Of a stretch of DNA of 64,000 nt, positions 1 through 8,978 are shown one piece after another. Position 1 is the first letter of the stretch. The number at the start of each line of letters is the position of its first letter. The DNA is taken from contig CAWJES010000015.1 in the NCBI GenBank assembly GCA_963841965.1, forward strand, positions 5,186 through 69,185, given 5' to 3'. The notes under the pieces are model-generated. The model was not told where the DNA came from. It saw nothing but the letters and a program-made list of their open reading frames with translations, and did no database searches. Source of the DNA: an uncultured Acidimicrobiaceae bacterium (lineage in GTDB: Bacteria; Actinomycetota; Acidimicrobiia; Acidimicrobiales; RAAP-2). Both the position numbers and the translations under genes were made by a program.

Positions 1-468
1 GTCGGCGGCCCGAGCGGCTCGGATGGCGCCACCTACGAAGCGCTCCTGCACGATCGGGTGCGTGAGCTCTCGATGCAGTCCAGGGTGACATTCGTGCAAC
101 CGCAGCCACACGAGCTGCTCAGCACCTTCTACCGCGCCGCCGACGTCTGCATCGTCCCCTCCAGGGCGGAGTCATTCGGTCTCGTCGCTCTCGAGGCGTC
201 CGCGTGCGGGACGCCTGTGGTCGCCTCGGACGTGGGCGGCCTCTCCGCGCTCGTCGCCGACGGGGTGAACGGCACCCTCGTGGCCGGGCGTGATCCTGAG
301 GAATGGGCTGATGCCGTGGAGTGGGCGACAGAGGATTCCCTGCGCACGATGCGGTTGTCGACCGGGGCCGTCCTGCGCGCCCAGCCGTACACATGGCGCG
401 CGGCGGCCGAGCGGCTCACCGAGGTCGTGGGCGCCCTGCGCGCAACGCACCTCGTCACCTGCGCCTGA
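1..468 (+). CDS. mshA: GT4-family glycosyltransferase, C-terminal fragment (MshA-like). The 5' end lies outside the window.
   Basis: Frame 1 is open from nt 1. Retaining-GT4 C-terminal motif ESFGLVALEASACGTPVVASDVGGL..G.NG.LV. It is followed by a YbjN-like gene, as in the mycobacterial mshA neighbourhood as I recall it. Confidence 0.5.
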   Translation, partial: VGGPSGSDGATYEALLHDRVRELSMQSRVTFVQPQPHELLSTFYRAADVCIVPSRAESFGLVALEASACGTPVVASDVGGLSALVADGVNGTLVAGRDPEEWADAVEWATEDSLRTMRLSTGAVLRAQPYTWRAAAERLTEVVGALRATHLVTCA

Positions 469-971
469 TGCCCGAGGCGTCGCTCGCCGCCGACGCCGAG
501 CGCGACGGGGTCGCGGCATCGATCGCGGCCTTCGAGCAGGCGTGGATGCCGAGCGGTCACCTGCTCTCGGTGGAGCACCGAGTGGTATCCGATCGCAAGG
601 CGACCGATCGCTGGATCCTGCGCTTCAAGGGCACTGAGAAGGATGTCATCGCGATCTGGCTTTCCCTTGGACAGCGCACGCTCTCGTTGGAGGCGGAGGT
701 CATGCCGGCTCCCGAGGTCAACAGCGAGGCCATCCACGCGCTCGTGCTCCGGCGCAATGCCGCGCTGTTCGGCATCGCCTTCGCGATCGGACCGGAGAGC
801 GGCATCTATCTGGTCGCGAGAGTGCCGGCGTCGGTCGTCGACATCGACGAGATCGACCGACTCTGCGGCTCGACGATCGAGGCGCTCGAGGCCGTCTACC
901 CCACCGTGATGTCGCTCGGGTTCCCCGGTCAGTTCCGCAGGCGGCGGGTTTCGCAGACTCCACTTCGGTGA
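468..971 (+). CDS. YbjN-like conserved cytosolic protein
   Basis: ATG at 468 overlaps the upstream TGA (ATGA-type coupling). High GC3. The soluble 167-aa product resembles the YbjN/Rv0487-type protein found next to mshA. The longer track ORF from 321 runs through the mshA 3' end and is unlikely. Confidence 0.4.
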   Translation: MPEASLAADAERDGVAASIAAFEQAWMPSGHLLSVEHRVVSDRKATDRWILRFKGTEKDVIAIWLSLGQRTLSLEAEVMPAPEVNSEAIHALVLRRNAALFGIAFAIGPESGIYLVARVPASVVDIDEIDRLCGSTIEALEAVYPTVMSLGFPGQFRRRRVSQTPLR

Positions 972-1034
972 CCTGGCAGCCTCGGCGGTCATGCCCCACC
1001 ACCCGGGCCAAGGGGGACCGCCTTGGGGGGCAGG

Positions 1035-1040
1035 TAGCGT
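1035..1040 (+). promoter_or_regulatory. -10-like hexamer TAGCGT, exactly 6 nt upstream of the proC ATG (leaderless-type promoter candidate)
   Basis: TAnnnT lies at -12..-7 relative to the A of the ATG at 1047. No Shine-Dalgarno sequence lies between them. Confidence 0.45.
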
Positions 1041-1046
1041 GATGGC

Positions 1047-1853
1047 ATGGCACTGCGCCTTGCGATCATGGGGGGCGGGCGCATCGGGAGCGCGATCACG
1101 GCAGGGCTGCTCGAGGCGTCCTGGTGTGAGCCTCCGGAACTGGCCGTGGTCGAGATCGATTCGGCTCGCCGAGCCGAGTTGAGCCACGAGCATCCGGGGC
1201 TGGTCGTCGTCGACACGCTCGAGCTCGCGCACGTTGACCGATACACGGGAGCGGTGCTCGCGGTGAAGCCCGATGTCGCGGAGGGAGCCGCCAGGCTCCT
1301 GGGCGCCGTCGGCGTGCGCCGGATCCTGTCCGTCGTGGCCGGCCTCTCCACACAGCGCATCGAGGCAGTCCTGCCCGATGGTGCGGCAGTCGTGCGAGCG
1401 ATGCCCAACATGCCTGTGCTCGTGCGCAGGGGCGTTTCGGCGATCTCGGGCGGGAGCCACGTCACGAGCGATGACCTTGACTGGGCAGACGGCGTGCTCG
1501 GATCGCTCGGTGGGGTCGTGCGACTCGCCGAGCGGCATCTCGACATCGTCACGGGCCTGTCGGGCTCGATGCCCGGCTACCTGTTCCTCGTCGTCGAGGC
1601 GTTGATCGAGGCGGGGGTCCTTCAGGGACTCCCGCGCGAGGTGGCCGCGGCCCTCGTCGCCGGCACGCTCGAGGGGACCGGCGCGCTGCTGTCCGCGTCG
1701 GGCGAGCCGCCCGAGGTGCTGCGCGCCCAGGTGACCTCACCGGGAGGCACGACCGCGGCAGGCCTTCGGGCGCTCGAGTCGAGGGCCGTGCGATCAGCGT
1801 TCATCGAGGCCGTGGCTGCCGCCACCGAGCGGTCGCGCCAGCTGGGTCGATGA
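1047..1853 (+). CDS. proC: pyrroline-5-carboxylate reductase
   Basis: N-terminal Rossmann motif IMGGGRIGSAI and C-terminal VTSPGGTTAAGL signature. 268 aa. Confidence 0.85.
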   Translation: MALRLAIMGGGRIGSAITAGLLEASWCEPPELAVVEIDSARRAELSHEHPGLVVVDTLELAHVDRYTGAVLAVKPDVAEGAARLLGAVGVRRILSVVAGLSTQRIEAVLPDGAAVVRAMPNMPVLVRRGVSAISGGSHVTSDDLDWADGVLGSLGGVVRLAERHLDIVTGLSGSMPGYLFLVVEALIEAGVLQGLPREVAAALVAGTLEGTGALLSASGEPPEVLRAQVTSPGGTTAAGLRALESRAVRSAFIEAVAAATERSRQLGR

Positions 1854-2680
1854 GCCCCGGGGTCGTCTTCCTCGCCACCGACTACGGACTCGACGACGAG
1901 TTCGTCGGTGTGCTCCATGCAGTGATGCTGAAGCTCGAACCGTCGGTCAGGATCGTTGACGTGTCGCACGGGATCGCGCCGTTTGACGTGCAAGGTGGCG
2001 CGGCGCTGCTCGCGCGCGCGGCGCTCCACCTTGGCGAGGGCGTGATCTGCGCGGTCGTCGATCCGGGTGTCGGCGGCACGCGCCGAGGGGTGGCCGTCGA
2101 GGTCGCAGCAGGCGGGCCCCGGTACCTGGTCGGTCCTGACAACGGTCTGCTGGCGCAGGCGGCAGGTGTGCTGGGCGGAGTCGTTCGCGCCGTCACCCTC
2201 GATCCTTCGCTGTTCACAACGCCGATCGAGGCCGTCACGTTCGACGGCAGGGATCTCTTCGCGCCGGCGGCGGCCCGGCTTGCTGCAGGGGCCGAGCTCG
2301 ATCACCTGGGCGACGAGTTCGACCCGGCGAATCTCGTGCAGCTCCCCGGCGTTGAAGTCGACGCGCGCGTCCTGCCTGACGGGCGCACCGCGGTGACCAC
2401 GGTTGTCACGTGGGTGGACCGGTTCGGCAACGTGCAACTGTCCCTGCGAGGGACTGTGCTCGACGGACTCTCCACGGTCGGCGTCGCTGTCAACGGAGAC
2501 GATGCACTCGTCCAGGTGGTGGCGACCTTCTCCGACCTTGCCATTGGCAATGCGGGACTGCTCCGCGACGCCAACGGGGCGGCTGCGCTCGTCGTCGCAC
2601 AGGGCAGCGCCGCAGAGCGGTTCTCCCTCGCGGCCGGTGACAAAGTCGACCTTGTCGGCTCCTTTGGCCCGATCGCCTGA
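1850..2680 (+). CDS. SAM hydroxide adenosyltransferase / SAM hydrolase family protein (DUF62; fluorinase/chlorinase superfamily)
   Basis: N-terminal L.TDYGLDDEFVGVLH, VVDPGVGG.RR and GPDNGLL motifs. The ATG overlaps the proC stop (ATGA). Confidence 0.75.
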   Translation: MSPGVVFLATDYGLDDEFVGVLHAVMLKLEPSVRIVDVSHGIAPFDVQGGAALLARAALHLGEGVICAVVDPGVGGTRRGVAVEVAAGGPRYLVGPDNGLLAQAAGVLGGVVRAVTLDPSLFTTPIEAVTFDGRDLFAPAAARLAAGAELDHLGDEFDPANLVQLPGVEVDARVLPDGRTAVTTVVTWVDRFGNVQLSLRGTVLDGLSTVGVAVNGDDALVQVVATFSDLAIGNAGLLRDANGAAALVVAQGSAAERFSLAAGDKVDLVGSFGPIA

Positions 2681-2688
2681 GAGGAAGG

Positions 2689-2694
2689 TACGCT
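2689..2694 (+). promoter_or_regulatory. -10-like hexamer TACGCT, exactly 6 nt upstream of the rex GTG (leaderless-type promoter candidate)
   Basis: TAnnnT lies at -12..-7 relative to the GTG at 2701. It sits in the 20-nt gap after the DUF62 gene. Confidence 0.4.
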
Positions 2695-2700
2695 CGCGGC

Positions 2701-3411
2701 GTGTCCGCCGTCCACCGGCGCCCGAAGCTCCTTCCTGAGCCGACGGTCGCGAGGCTTCCGATCTACCAGAGGATCGCGGAGGAACTCCTGCGTCGCGGGA
2801 ACGACACGGTGTCCTCGGACGACCTCGGACGCCTGGCTGGTGTTTCGGCTGCGACGGTCCGACGGGACCTGTCCTCGATCGGGCCCTTCGGGACGCGTGG
2901 CTCGGGCTACCAGACGCTCGACCTCTCGCGCCGAATCTTCGAGATGCTGGGCGGCGATACGGAGGACCCGACCGTCGTCGTCGGCATCGGCAACCTCGCG
3001 CGCGCGCTGATCAACTCCCCTCTGTTCGCGACGCGCGCCGCGAAGATCGTCGCGCTCTACGACATCGATCCCAACGTGGTGGGCACCGTGGTGGGCGGCC
3101 TCGAGGTGCGGCGGCTGGCCGACGAGGACCCTGACAGGTTCGAGCAGCCCCCTGCCATCGGGCTGATCACCGTCCCCGCCCAGGCGGCCCAGGACGTGGC
3201 TGACGGCCTCTGCGACATCGGGGTCCGTGCGATCCTGTCGTTCTCCCAGCAGGTCCTCCTGGTTCCCCCCGGCGTCACGGTCCGGTATGTGGACGTGTCG
3301 ATCGAGCTGCAGATCCTCAGCTACCACCTGGAGCACGGCCGTGGTCCGCTCAGCGGCGGCCTCTGGCACAATCTGGGCCACTCGCCGGTCGGAGCCGGTA
3401 CGCCGTCCTAA
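2701..3411 (+). CDS. rex: redox-sensing transcriptional repressor Rex
   Basis: RLPIYQRI..., winged-helix SS.DLG...GVSAATVRRDLS and a Rossmann domain VVVGIGNLARAL. It lies directly upstream of hemA, as in Streptomyces. Confidence 0.85.
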   Translation: MSAVHRRPKLLPEPTVARLPIYQRIAEELLRRGNDTVSSDDLGRLAGVSAATVRRDLSSIGPFGTRGSGYQTLDLSRRIFEMLGGDTEDPTVVVGIGNLARALINSPLFATRAAKIVALYDIDPNVVGTVVGGLEVRRLADEDPDRFEQPPAIGLITVPAQAAQDVADGLCDIGVRAILSFSQQVLLVPPGVTVRYVDVSIELQILSYHLEHGRGPLSGGLWHNLGHSPVGAGTPS

Positions 3412-3430
3412 CATCGATCCCGGAGGTCTG

Positions 3431-4690
3431 ATGGCGGTCATCTCGGTGGGCGTGGATCACGAGCACGCACCACTTGAGTTGCTCGAGGCCGTCACCGTCC
3501 CCGAAGCCGACTGCTCGAAGGTGCTCGGCGCACTCGCGGCGCTGGACGATCTGAGCGAGGTCGTGCTCGTGTCGACCTGCCTGCGCACGGAGGTGTACGC
3601 GGTCGTCGACCGCTTCCACGGTGCCGTCGACGGGATCACGTCAGTGCTCGCCGAGCGCGCCGGCACGGACCTTGCGGCGCTCACGCCCTCGGTGACGGTG
3701 CACTTCGATCGCGGCGTGTCGGCCCACCTCTTCGCGGTCGCGGCAGGGCTCCGGTCCGCCGTGCCCGGTGAGACCGAGGTGCTGGGCCAGATCCGGCGCT
3801 CCCTCGAGCGGGCGGAAGAGGAGCGCACGGTCGGACCCGAGCTCACCGAACTCTTCCGTCGCGCCCTCTCGGCGGGCCGGCGCGCGCGTGCAGAGACTGC
3901 GATCGCACGCGGCACGACATCATTCGCGCACGCGACGGTGCAGATGGCGGCATCGCGGCTCGGATCGCTCGACGGAGCCTCCGTCGTTGTGATCGGGGCA
4001 GGGCAGCTTGCGACTGGGATCGTCGAGAGCCTGCTCGAAGGCCGCCGCGGCGTGCCGGGGGGCATCGTCGTGGCGAATCGGACGGTGCCCGCCGCAGTAG
4101 CGCTCGCGGCGAAGGATCCGAGCCGGGTCACCGCGATCGGGCTCGACGGGCTTGCTGCCGTCGTGGCAGCCGCCGACCTTGTGATCAGCGCCGTCGAGGC
4201 CGACTCGATCGTGCTGCCCGCGGCTGCGCTGGCTCGAGCGGGCGGGCCCGTCTTGGTCGTCGACCTCGGCATGCCCCGCACGGTCGATCCCGTGTCGGCA
4301 AGCCTTCCCGGCGTCACGCTCCTCGACATCGCGCACCTTCGAGATGTCGTCGACGTCGCCCTCAAGGAGCGTCGTGACGAGATCGCCGCCGCCGAGGTCA
4401 TCCTTTCCGAGGAGGTCGAGCGTTTCCTCGGGGATCGCCGGGCAAGGGGTGCGGCGCCGCTCGTGACCGAGCTGCGCACCCGGTTGGAGCAGCTTCGGGT
4501 CGCCGAGTTCGACCGCAACCGCGGCGAGCTCGCGACGCTCTCCGCGGAACAGCTGGAGCGCGTTGAGCAGCTCACCCGGTCGCTCGTCGCAAAGATCGCG
4601 CACGAACCGACGGTCGCGCTGCGCGAGAGCTCCGGGACCGACCGCGGTCACCGGCTCGCTGATGCCGTCCGAGCCCTGTTCGGGCTGTGA
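3431..4690 (+). CDS. hemA: glutamyl-tRNA reductase
   Basis: MAVISVGVDHEHAPLELLE..., STCLRTEVY and GETEVLGQ motifs. GGAGG lies 5 nt upstream of the ATG at 3431. The track ORF from 3227 overlaps rex and is too long. Confidence 0.9.
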   Translation: MAVISVGVDHEHAPLELLEAVTVPEADCSKVLGALAALDDLSEVVLVSTCLRTEVYAVVDRFHGAVDGITSVLAERAGTDLAALTPSVTVHFDRGVSAHLFAVAAGLRSAVPGETEVLGQIRRSLERAEEERTVGPELTELFRRALSAGRRARAETAIARGTTSFAHATVQMAASRLGSLDGASVVVIGAGQLATGIVESLLEGRRGVPGGIVVANRTVPAAVALAAKDPSRVTAIGLDGLAAVVAAADLVISAVEADSIVLPAAALARAGGPVLVVDLGMPRTVDPVSASLPGVTLLDIAHLRDVVDVALKERRDEIAAAEVILSEEVERFLGDRRARGAAPLVTELRTRLEQLRVAEFDRNRGELATLSAEQLERVEQLTRSLVAKIAHEPTVALRESSGTDRGHRLADAVRALFGL

Positions 4691-5577
4691 TCGGACCGGT
4701 CCGGCTCGCCACGAGGGGATCCCCGCTTGCCCTCGCACAGGCAAGGGTGGTCGGCGCCCTGCTCGGAGCGACCGGCGTCGACACCTCCATCGTCGTGGTG
4801 GAGACCGAAGGTGATCGCCGGCGCGACGTCGACCTCAGGGCGCTCGCGGGCAGGGGGGTGTTCGCCAAGGAGGTCCAGGCTGCCGTGCTCGACGGTCGTG
4901 CCGACGTGGCCGTCCATTCTGCGAAGGACCTGCCCGGGGAGGCTCCCGAAGGCCTCGTGCTCGCCGCGGTGCCCGAGCGTCGCGACCCAGCGGACGTCCT
5001 GGTCGGCGGTTCGCTCGCAGCGCTGTCGAAGGGAGCGGTCGTCGCGACCGGCGCGCCGAGGCGCAGGGCGCTCCTGCTGGCGGCACGTCCCGACCTCGTG
5101 ATCGTGGGGCTGCGAGGGAACATCGCCGCGCGGATCGCCGCTGTGGGGCGCGATGGGGTCGAGGCGGTCGTCGTGGCTGCTGCTGCGCTCGACCGCCTGG
5201 GTCTCGCGGACGTCGCCACTGAGCGTCTCGATCCCGAGACGTTCGTCCCGCAGGTCGGTCAGGGGGCCATCGCGCTCGAGTGCCTCGAAGACGGCGAGCT
5301 CGTCGCGTTGCTCCAGGGCATCGATGACACCGCGGCGCACGTCGCACTTCGGTGCGAGCGCGCCTTCCTCGTCGAGCTGGGCGTGGGGTGCGATCTGCCC
5401 GGGGGCGCGTGGGCGCAGGTCGACGGGACGACCACGATGGTCCGCGGGGTGCTCGGGACGGACGACGGCACGGCGATGGTGCGCGGCAGCGATTCGGACA
5501 CGATGCCGGAGCGGGCTGGACGTGCGCTCGCGGCGAGGTTGCGCCGCGAGGTCACGAGCGCGGGCGGTTCGGCGTGA
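4687..5577 (+). CDS. hemC: hydroxymethylbilane synthase (porphobilinogen deaminase)
   Basis: RLATRGSPLALAQA, TEGD, GVFAKE and HSAKDLP motifs. The GTG overlaps the hemA stop (GTGA). Confidence 0.9.
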   Translation: MIGPVRLATRGSPLALAQARVVGALLGATGVDTSIVVVETEGDRRRDVDLRALAGRGVFAKEVQAAVLDGRADVAVHSAKDLPGEAPEGLVLAAVPERRDPADVLVGGSLAALSKGAVVATGAPRRRALLLAARPDLVIVGLRGNIAARIAAVGRDGVEAVVVAAAALDRLGLADVATERLDPETFVPQVGQGAIALECLEDGELVALLQGIDDTAAHVALRCERAFLVELGVGCDLPGGAWAQVDGTTTMVRGVLGTDDGTAMVRGSDSDTMPERAGRALAARLRREVTSAGGSA

Positions 5578-6305
5578 CCGGACTGCTGCTCGACCGAGTC
5601 CGCGTCGAGGTCCTGCGCATCGGCAGCGGTCCCGATGCGCTCGTCGAGCAGCTGTGCCGTCTCGGGGCGGATGCCCGCTCCCTCGAGGTTGGATCGGTCG
5701 ATGACGTGCCCGATGCCGACCTCCTGCGTCGGGTCCGCCGACTCGACCGGTTCGAGTGGGTGGTCGTGACGTCGAAGAACGCGGCGCGGCGCCTCACGCT
5801 GTGGGCGCAGGAGTGGCCGAGCACCGTTCGGATCGGGGTGGTCGGCCCCGCAACGGCGGTCGCGGTGGAATCGCTCGGACTGCGTGTCTCGGCGCGCGCA
5901 GCGGAGGGCACCGCAGCATCGCTCGCAGACGAGATCGCATCCGGCCCTGTGCTGTTCCTCGCCTCGGCGAACGCGCGGCCCGATCTGCCCGATCGCCTCT
6001 TCGAGCGGAACGTCGACGTCGACGTCGTGACCACCTATGCCCTGCACCCGCGACCGATCTCGCCGGACGGCGCGGCACGGCTCGCCGCAGCTGACGTGCT
6101 CGTGGCAATGTCCCCGAGTGCCGTCGAGTCGATCTACCGTCTCGGAGAACCGGAGCGAACGGGGATCGCGGCGGTCCCGCTCGTCGCCATCGGCCCGACG
6201 ACCGATGCCTATGCCCGGTCGTTCGGCTGGCCGGTCGCGTCGGTCGCCCAGGGGCGCGACGCCGATGCCGTGGCCGACGCCATCGGCGCCGCCCTCGGAC
6301 GCTAG
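5574..6305 (+). CDS. hemD: uroporphyrinogen-III synthase
   Basis: Position in the hemA-C-D-B operon. A 243-aa HemD-like product (W.VVTS.NA.R, IG..TA). The GTG at 5574 overlaps the hemC stop. The upstream part of the track ORF (from 5352) is out-of-frame hemC. Confidence 0.75.
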   Translation: MTGLLLDRVRVEVLRIGSGPDALVEQLCRLGADARSLEVGSVDDVPDADLLRRVRRLDRFEWVVVTSKNAARRLTLWAQEWPSTVRIGVVGPATAVAVESLGLRVSARAAEGTAASLADEIASGPVLFLASANARPDLPDRLFERNVDVDVVTTYALHPRPISPDGAARLAAADVLVAMSPSAVESIYRLGEPERTGIAAVPLVAIGPTTDAYARSFGWPVASVAQGRDADAVADAIGAALGR

Positions 6306-6345
6306 GTAACCGCGTCGCACCCCCGGACCGCGGGCAGAGCGCAGT

Positions 6346-6351
6346 TAGGCT
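6346..6351 (+). promoter_or_regulatory. -10-like hexamer TAGGCT, 7 nt upstream of the hemB ATG (leaderless-type internal promoter candidate)
   Basis: TAnnnT lies in the 53-nt hemD-hemB gap. No SD sequence is present. Confidence 0.35.
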
Positions 6352-6358
6352 CGCTGCG

Positions 6359-7339
6359 ATGGAGTATCCCGCCAGAAGGCTGCGTCGGCTGCGCAGGACG
6401 CCGGTGATCCGCGACCTCGTCGCCGAGACCACGCTCGACGCGGGGGATCTCGTCGCTCCGCTCTTCGTGGCCGAGGGCATCGATGCCCCGAGACCGATCG
6501 CCTCGCTGCCCGGCCACGGCCAGCACACCCGCGATTCGCTGCGCGCCGAGGTCGACCGCCTCGTGTCGCTGGGCATCCGATCGGTCATCCTCTTCGGCCT
6601 GCCGGCACAGAAGGATGCGACGGGCACGTCGGCTTGGGATCCCGAGGGGATCGTGCAGGTCGCGCTGCGCGACCTGCGTGACGACCACGGCGACGGCCTG
6701 TGCCTGATGGCCGACCTGTGTCTCGACGAGTACACGGACCACGGGCACTGCGGGGTGCTCCTGGACGACGGCACCGTCGATAACGACGCCACGATCGACC
6801 TCTACGCGAGGATCGCCGTCGCCCAGGCGGACGCGGGGGCCGACGTCGTCGCCCCGAGCGGCATGATGGACGGCCAGGTCGCGGCGATCCGCGCGTCGCT
6901 CGAGGCGATCGGCCACCACGACACGATCATCCTCGCCTACGCCGCGAAGTACGCGACGGCCCTGTACGGCCCGTTCCGCGACGCCGTAGACGTGACGATC
7001 CAGTCGGGGGATCGGCGCGGCTACCAGCAGGACCTCCGGAACCGGCGCGAGGCGGCGGCCGAGGTGCTCGCGGATGTTGCGGAGGGCGCCGACATGGTCA
7101 TGGTCAAGCCCGCGCTCAGCTGCCTCGACATCATCGCCGACGTCGCGCAGCTCGTCGACGTCCCCATCGCCGCGTACCACGTGAGCGGGGAGTACTCGAT
7201 GGTGAAGGCTGCGGCGGAGCGAGGGTGGATCGACGGGACCGCCGTCGGCATCGAGCACCTGACCGCGATCCGCCGGGCGGGCGCCGACCTGGTGCTGACG
7301 TACTTCGCCGCCGAGGTCGCCGAGGCGCTCGGTGGCTGA
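6359..7339 (+). CDS. hemB: porphobilinogen synthase (delta-aminolevulinate dehydratase)
   Basis: [27 protein letters not shown] and MVKPA motifs. 326 aa. Confidence 0.9.
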   Translation: MEYPARRLRRLRRTPVIRDLVAETTLDAGDLVAPLFVAEGIDAPRPIASLPGHGQHTRDSLRAEVDRLVSLGIRSVILFGLPAQKDATGTSAWDPEGIVQVALRDLRDDHGDGLCLMADLCLDEYTDHGHCGVLLDDGTVDNDATIDLYARIAVAQADAGADVVAPSGMMDGQVAAIRASLEAIGHHDTIILAYAAKYATALYGPFRDAVDVTIQSGDRRGYQQDLRNRREAAAEVLADVAEGADMVMVKPALSCLDIIADVAQLVDVPIAAYHVSGEYSMVKAAAERGWIDGTAVGIEHLTAIRRAGADLVLTYFAAEVAEALGG

Positions 7340-8620
7340 CTCCAACGGGGCGTGGTTCGACCGCGCCCGTCGCGTGCTGCCCGGCGGCGTCGACTCGCCG
7401 GTTCGCTCATTCGCGTCCGTTGGCGGCGTGCCCTACACGGTGGCGTCCGGGAGCGGTGCGACCGTGACCGACGTCGAGGGCCGGACGTACGTCGACTACG
7501 TCCAGAGCTACGGGGCGAGCCTGCTCGGCCATGCCCATCCGGGGGTCGTCGATGCGATCGTGCGGGCCGTGCCCCTGGGCACGACCTTCGGTGCGCCGAC
7601 GCCCGGTGAGGTCCTGCTCGCCGAGGCCATCTGCGAGCGGGTGCGCGGCGTCGAACTCGTGCGTTTCGTCTCGTCGGGGACCGAGGCGGCGATGAGCGCG
7701 GTGCGGCTCGCGCGTGGTGCGACCGGCAGGGACAGGATCGTCAAGTTCGACGGCTGCTACCACGGCCACGCCGATGCGCTGCTCGCCGCGGCGGGCAGCG
7801 GCGTCGCGTCCCTCGGGCTTCCGGGTTCCGCCGGGATCCCCAACGGCGCGGTCGCCGACACGATCGTCGTCCCCTACAACGTCGTGCCCGAGCTGGACGA
7901 CTCCATCGCGGCCGTGTTGGTCGAGCCCGTCGCGGCGAACATGAACCTCGTCGCGCCAGCGGACGGCTTCTTGGAGGGACTCCGCGCGGCGTGCGACCGC
8001 GTCGGGGCGCTGCTCGTGTTCGACGAGGTGATCACCGGGTTCCGCCTCGGATCGGGCGCGGCGTCGGACCGGTTCGGGGTCGTGCCCGACCTGTGGTGCT
8101 TCGGCAAGGTCATTGGTGGAGGGCTGCCGGTCGGTGCGTTCTGCGGATCGCGCGCGGTGATGGCGGAGCTGGCTCCGAGCGGATCGGTCTACCAGGCGGG
8201 CACGCTGTCGGGGAACCCGGTGGCGATGGCCGCGGGGCTCAGCGTGCTGCGAACGGTCACAGACGACGACTACGCGGAGCTCGAGGCTCGCGTCGAGCAC
8301 CTCGCGACGGGCTCGCTGACGCGCTGGCGTCGGCCGGGCTCGCCGCGTGCGTGCCAAGCGTCGGCACGCTTGCCGGACTGTTCGTTGGAGCGGGCGACGC
8401 GCCGCCGTCCGAGCCGCGCGACTACGCCGAGAGCAAGGCGATCAACGGGGCGGGCCGCTATGCGGGACTCTTCCACGAGCTGCTCGACCGCGGCATCGCC
8501 TTCGCTCCCGGCTCCTACGAGGTCCTCTTCTGCTCGCTCGCCCACGATGACAAGACGATCCGGTCCACGCTCGATGCGGCGCACGAGGCGGCGCTCGCGC
8601 TCGTCGGCTCCGGTGGCTGA
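7332..8620 (+). pseudogene. hemL: glutamate-1-semialdehyde 2,1-aminomutase with an apparent -1 frameshift near 8309-8311 (or a sequencing error)
   Basis: The N-terminal 326 codons ([43 protein letters not shown]) are in the frame of 7332. The conserved C-terminus ([24 protein letters not shown]...[16 protein letters not shown]) is in the frame of ORF 7991..8620. The junction is at ACG-GGC (8307-8312). Confidence 0.8.
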
Positions 8621-8966
8621 GACGACCACCCTCGTCGTGACGGGGGCGGCACTGATCACGGTCCCGTCCGTCACGGCACCCGTGGGAGACCTCGAGCTTC
8701 GCATCGACGAGGCCGGGATCACCCAACTGGGCGGTGAGCCGCAGACCGCGTGGCAGATCCCCTGGTCCGCATGCCGGGACGTGCGCACGGCGAGAACCGG
8801 GACGGTCGCGCTCGTGGCGCTCAGCCTCGGTGCACTCCGTTACCGCTGGGAGGTCCCTGACGACGGCATCCCCGGCGGAGCGCGGGCGCTTGTCGACCTG
8901 CTTCGCGTCGTCGCGGGCGCGAAGCCGATGACGCGCGGTCTGCGGGGCGCGCGCAGGCGTCAGTAG
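8613..8966 (+). CDS. hypothetical small soluble protein (117 aa)
   Basis: The GTG at 8613 overlaps the hemL stop. High GC3 and non-Arg/Ser-biased composition, unlike the out-of-frame stretch 8312-8612. No recognisable motif. Confidence 0.4.
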   Translation: MAETTTLVVTGAALITVPSVTAPVGDLELRIDEAGITQLGGEPQTAWQIPWSACRDVRTARTGTVALVALSLGALRYRWEVPDDGIPGGARALVDLLRVVAGAKPMTRGLRGARRRQ

Positions 8967-8978
8967 CGGTCCGGCCGC

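Noticed and set aside
129-1538. Long antisense or alternative-frame ORFs across the window (e.g. 129..1538-, 8821..10635-, 15146..16690-, 17078..19159-, 27387..29072-, 31177..32997-, 31515..33947+, 40837..42078-, 48762..51032+, 59868..61958-)
   Set aside because: Their translations are Arg/Pro/Gly/Ala-rich low-complexity sequence, typical of non-coding frames in 70% GC DNA. They overlap genes with unambiguous conserved motifs on the other strand or frame, and they contain no recognisable domains.
2639-2656. An 18-bp near-palindrome GACAAAGTCGACCTTGTC about 45-60 bp upstream of rex, considered as an operator
   Set aside because: It has 8 of 9 matched arm pairs, and several such near-palindromes are expected by chance in 64 kb. 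It lies inside the DUF62 coding sequence and does not resemble the Rex box (TGTGAA-N4-TTCACA).
7332-8966. The single 544-aa ORF in the track, suggesting a HemL fusion protein
   Set aside because: The middle ~100 codons (8312-8612) are Arg/Ser/Pro-rich out-of-frame sequence. The true HemL C-terminus is in the -1 frame, and the distal part is a separate small gene. It is a frameshift artefact, not a fusion.
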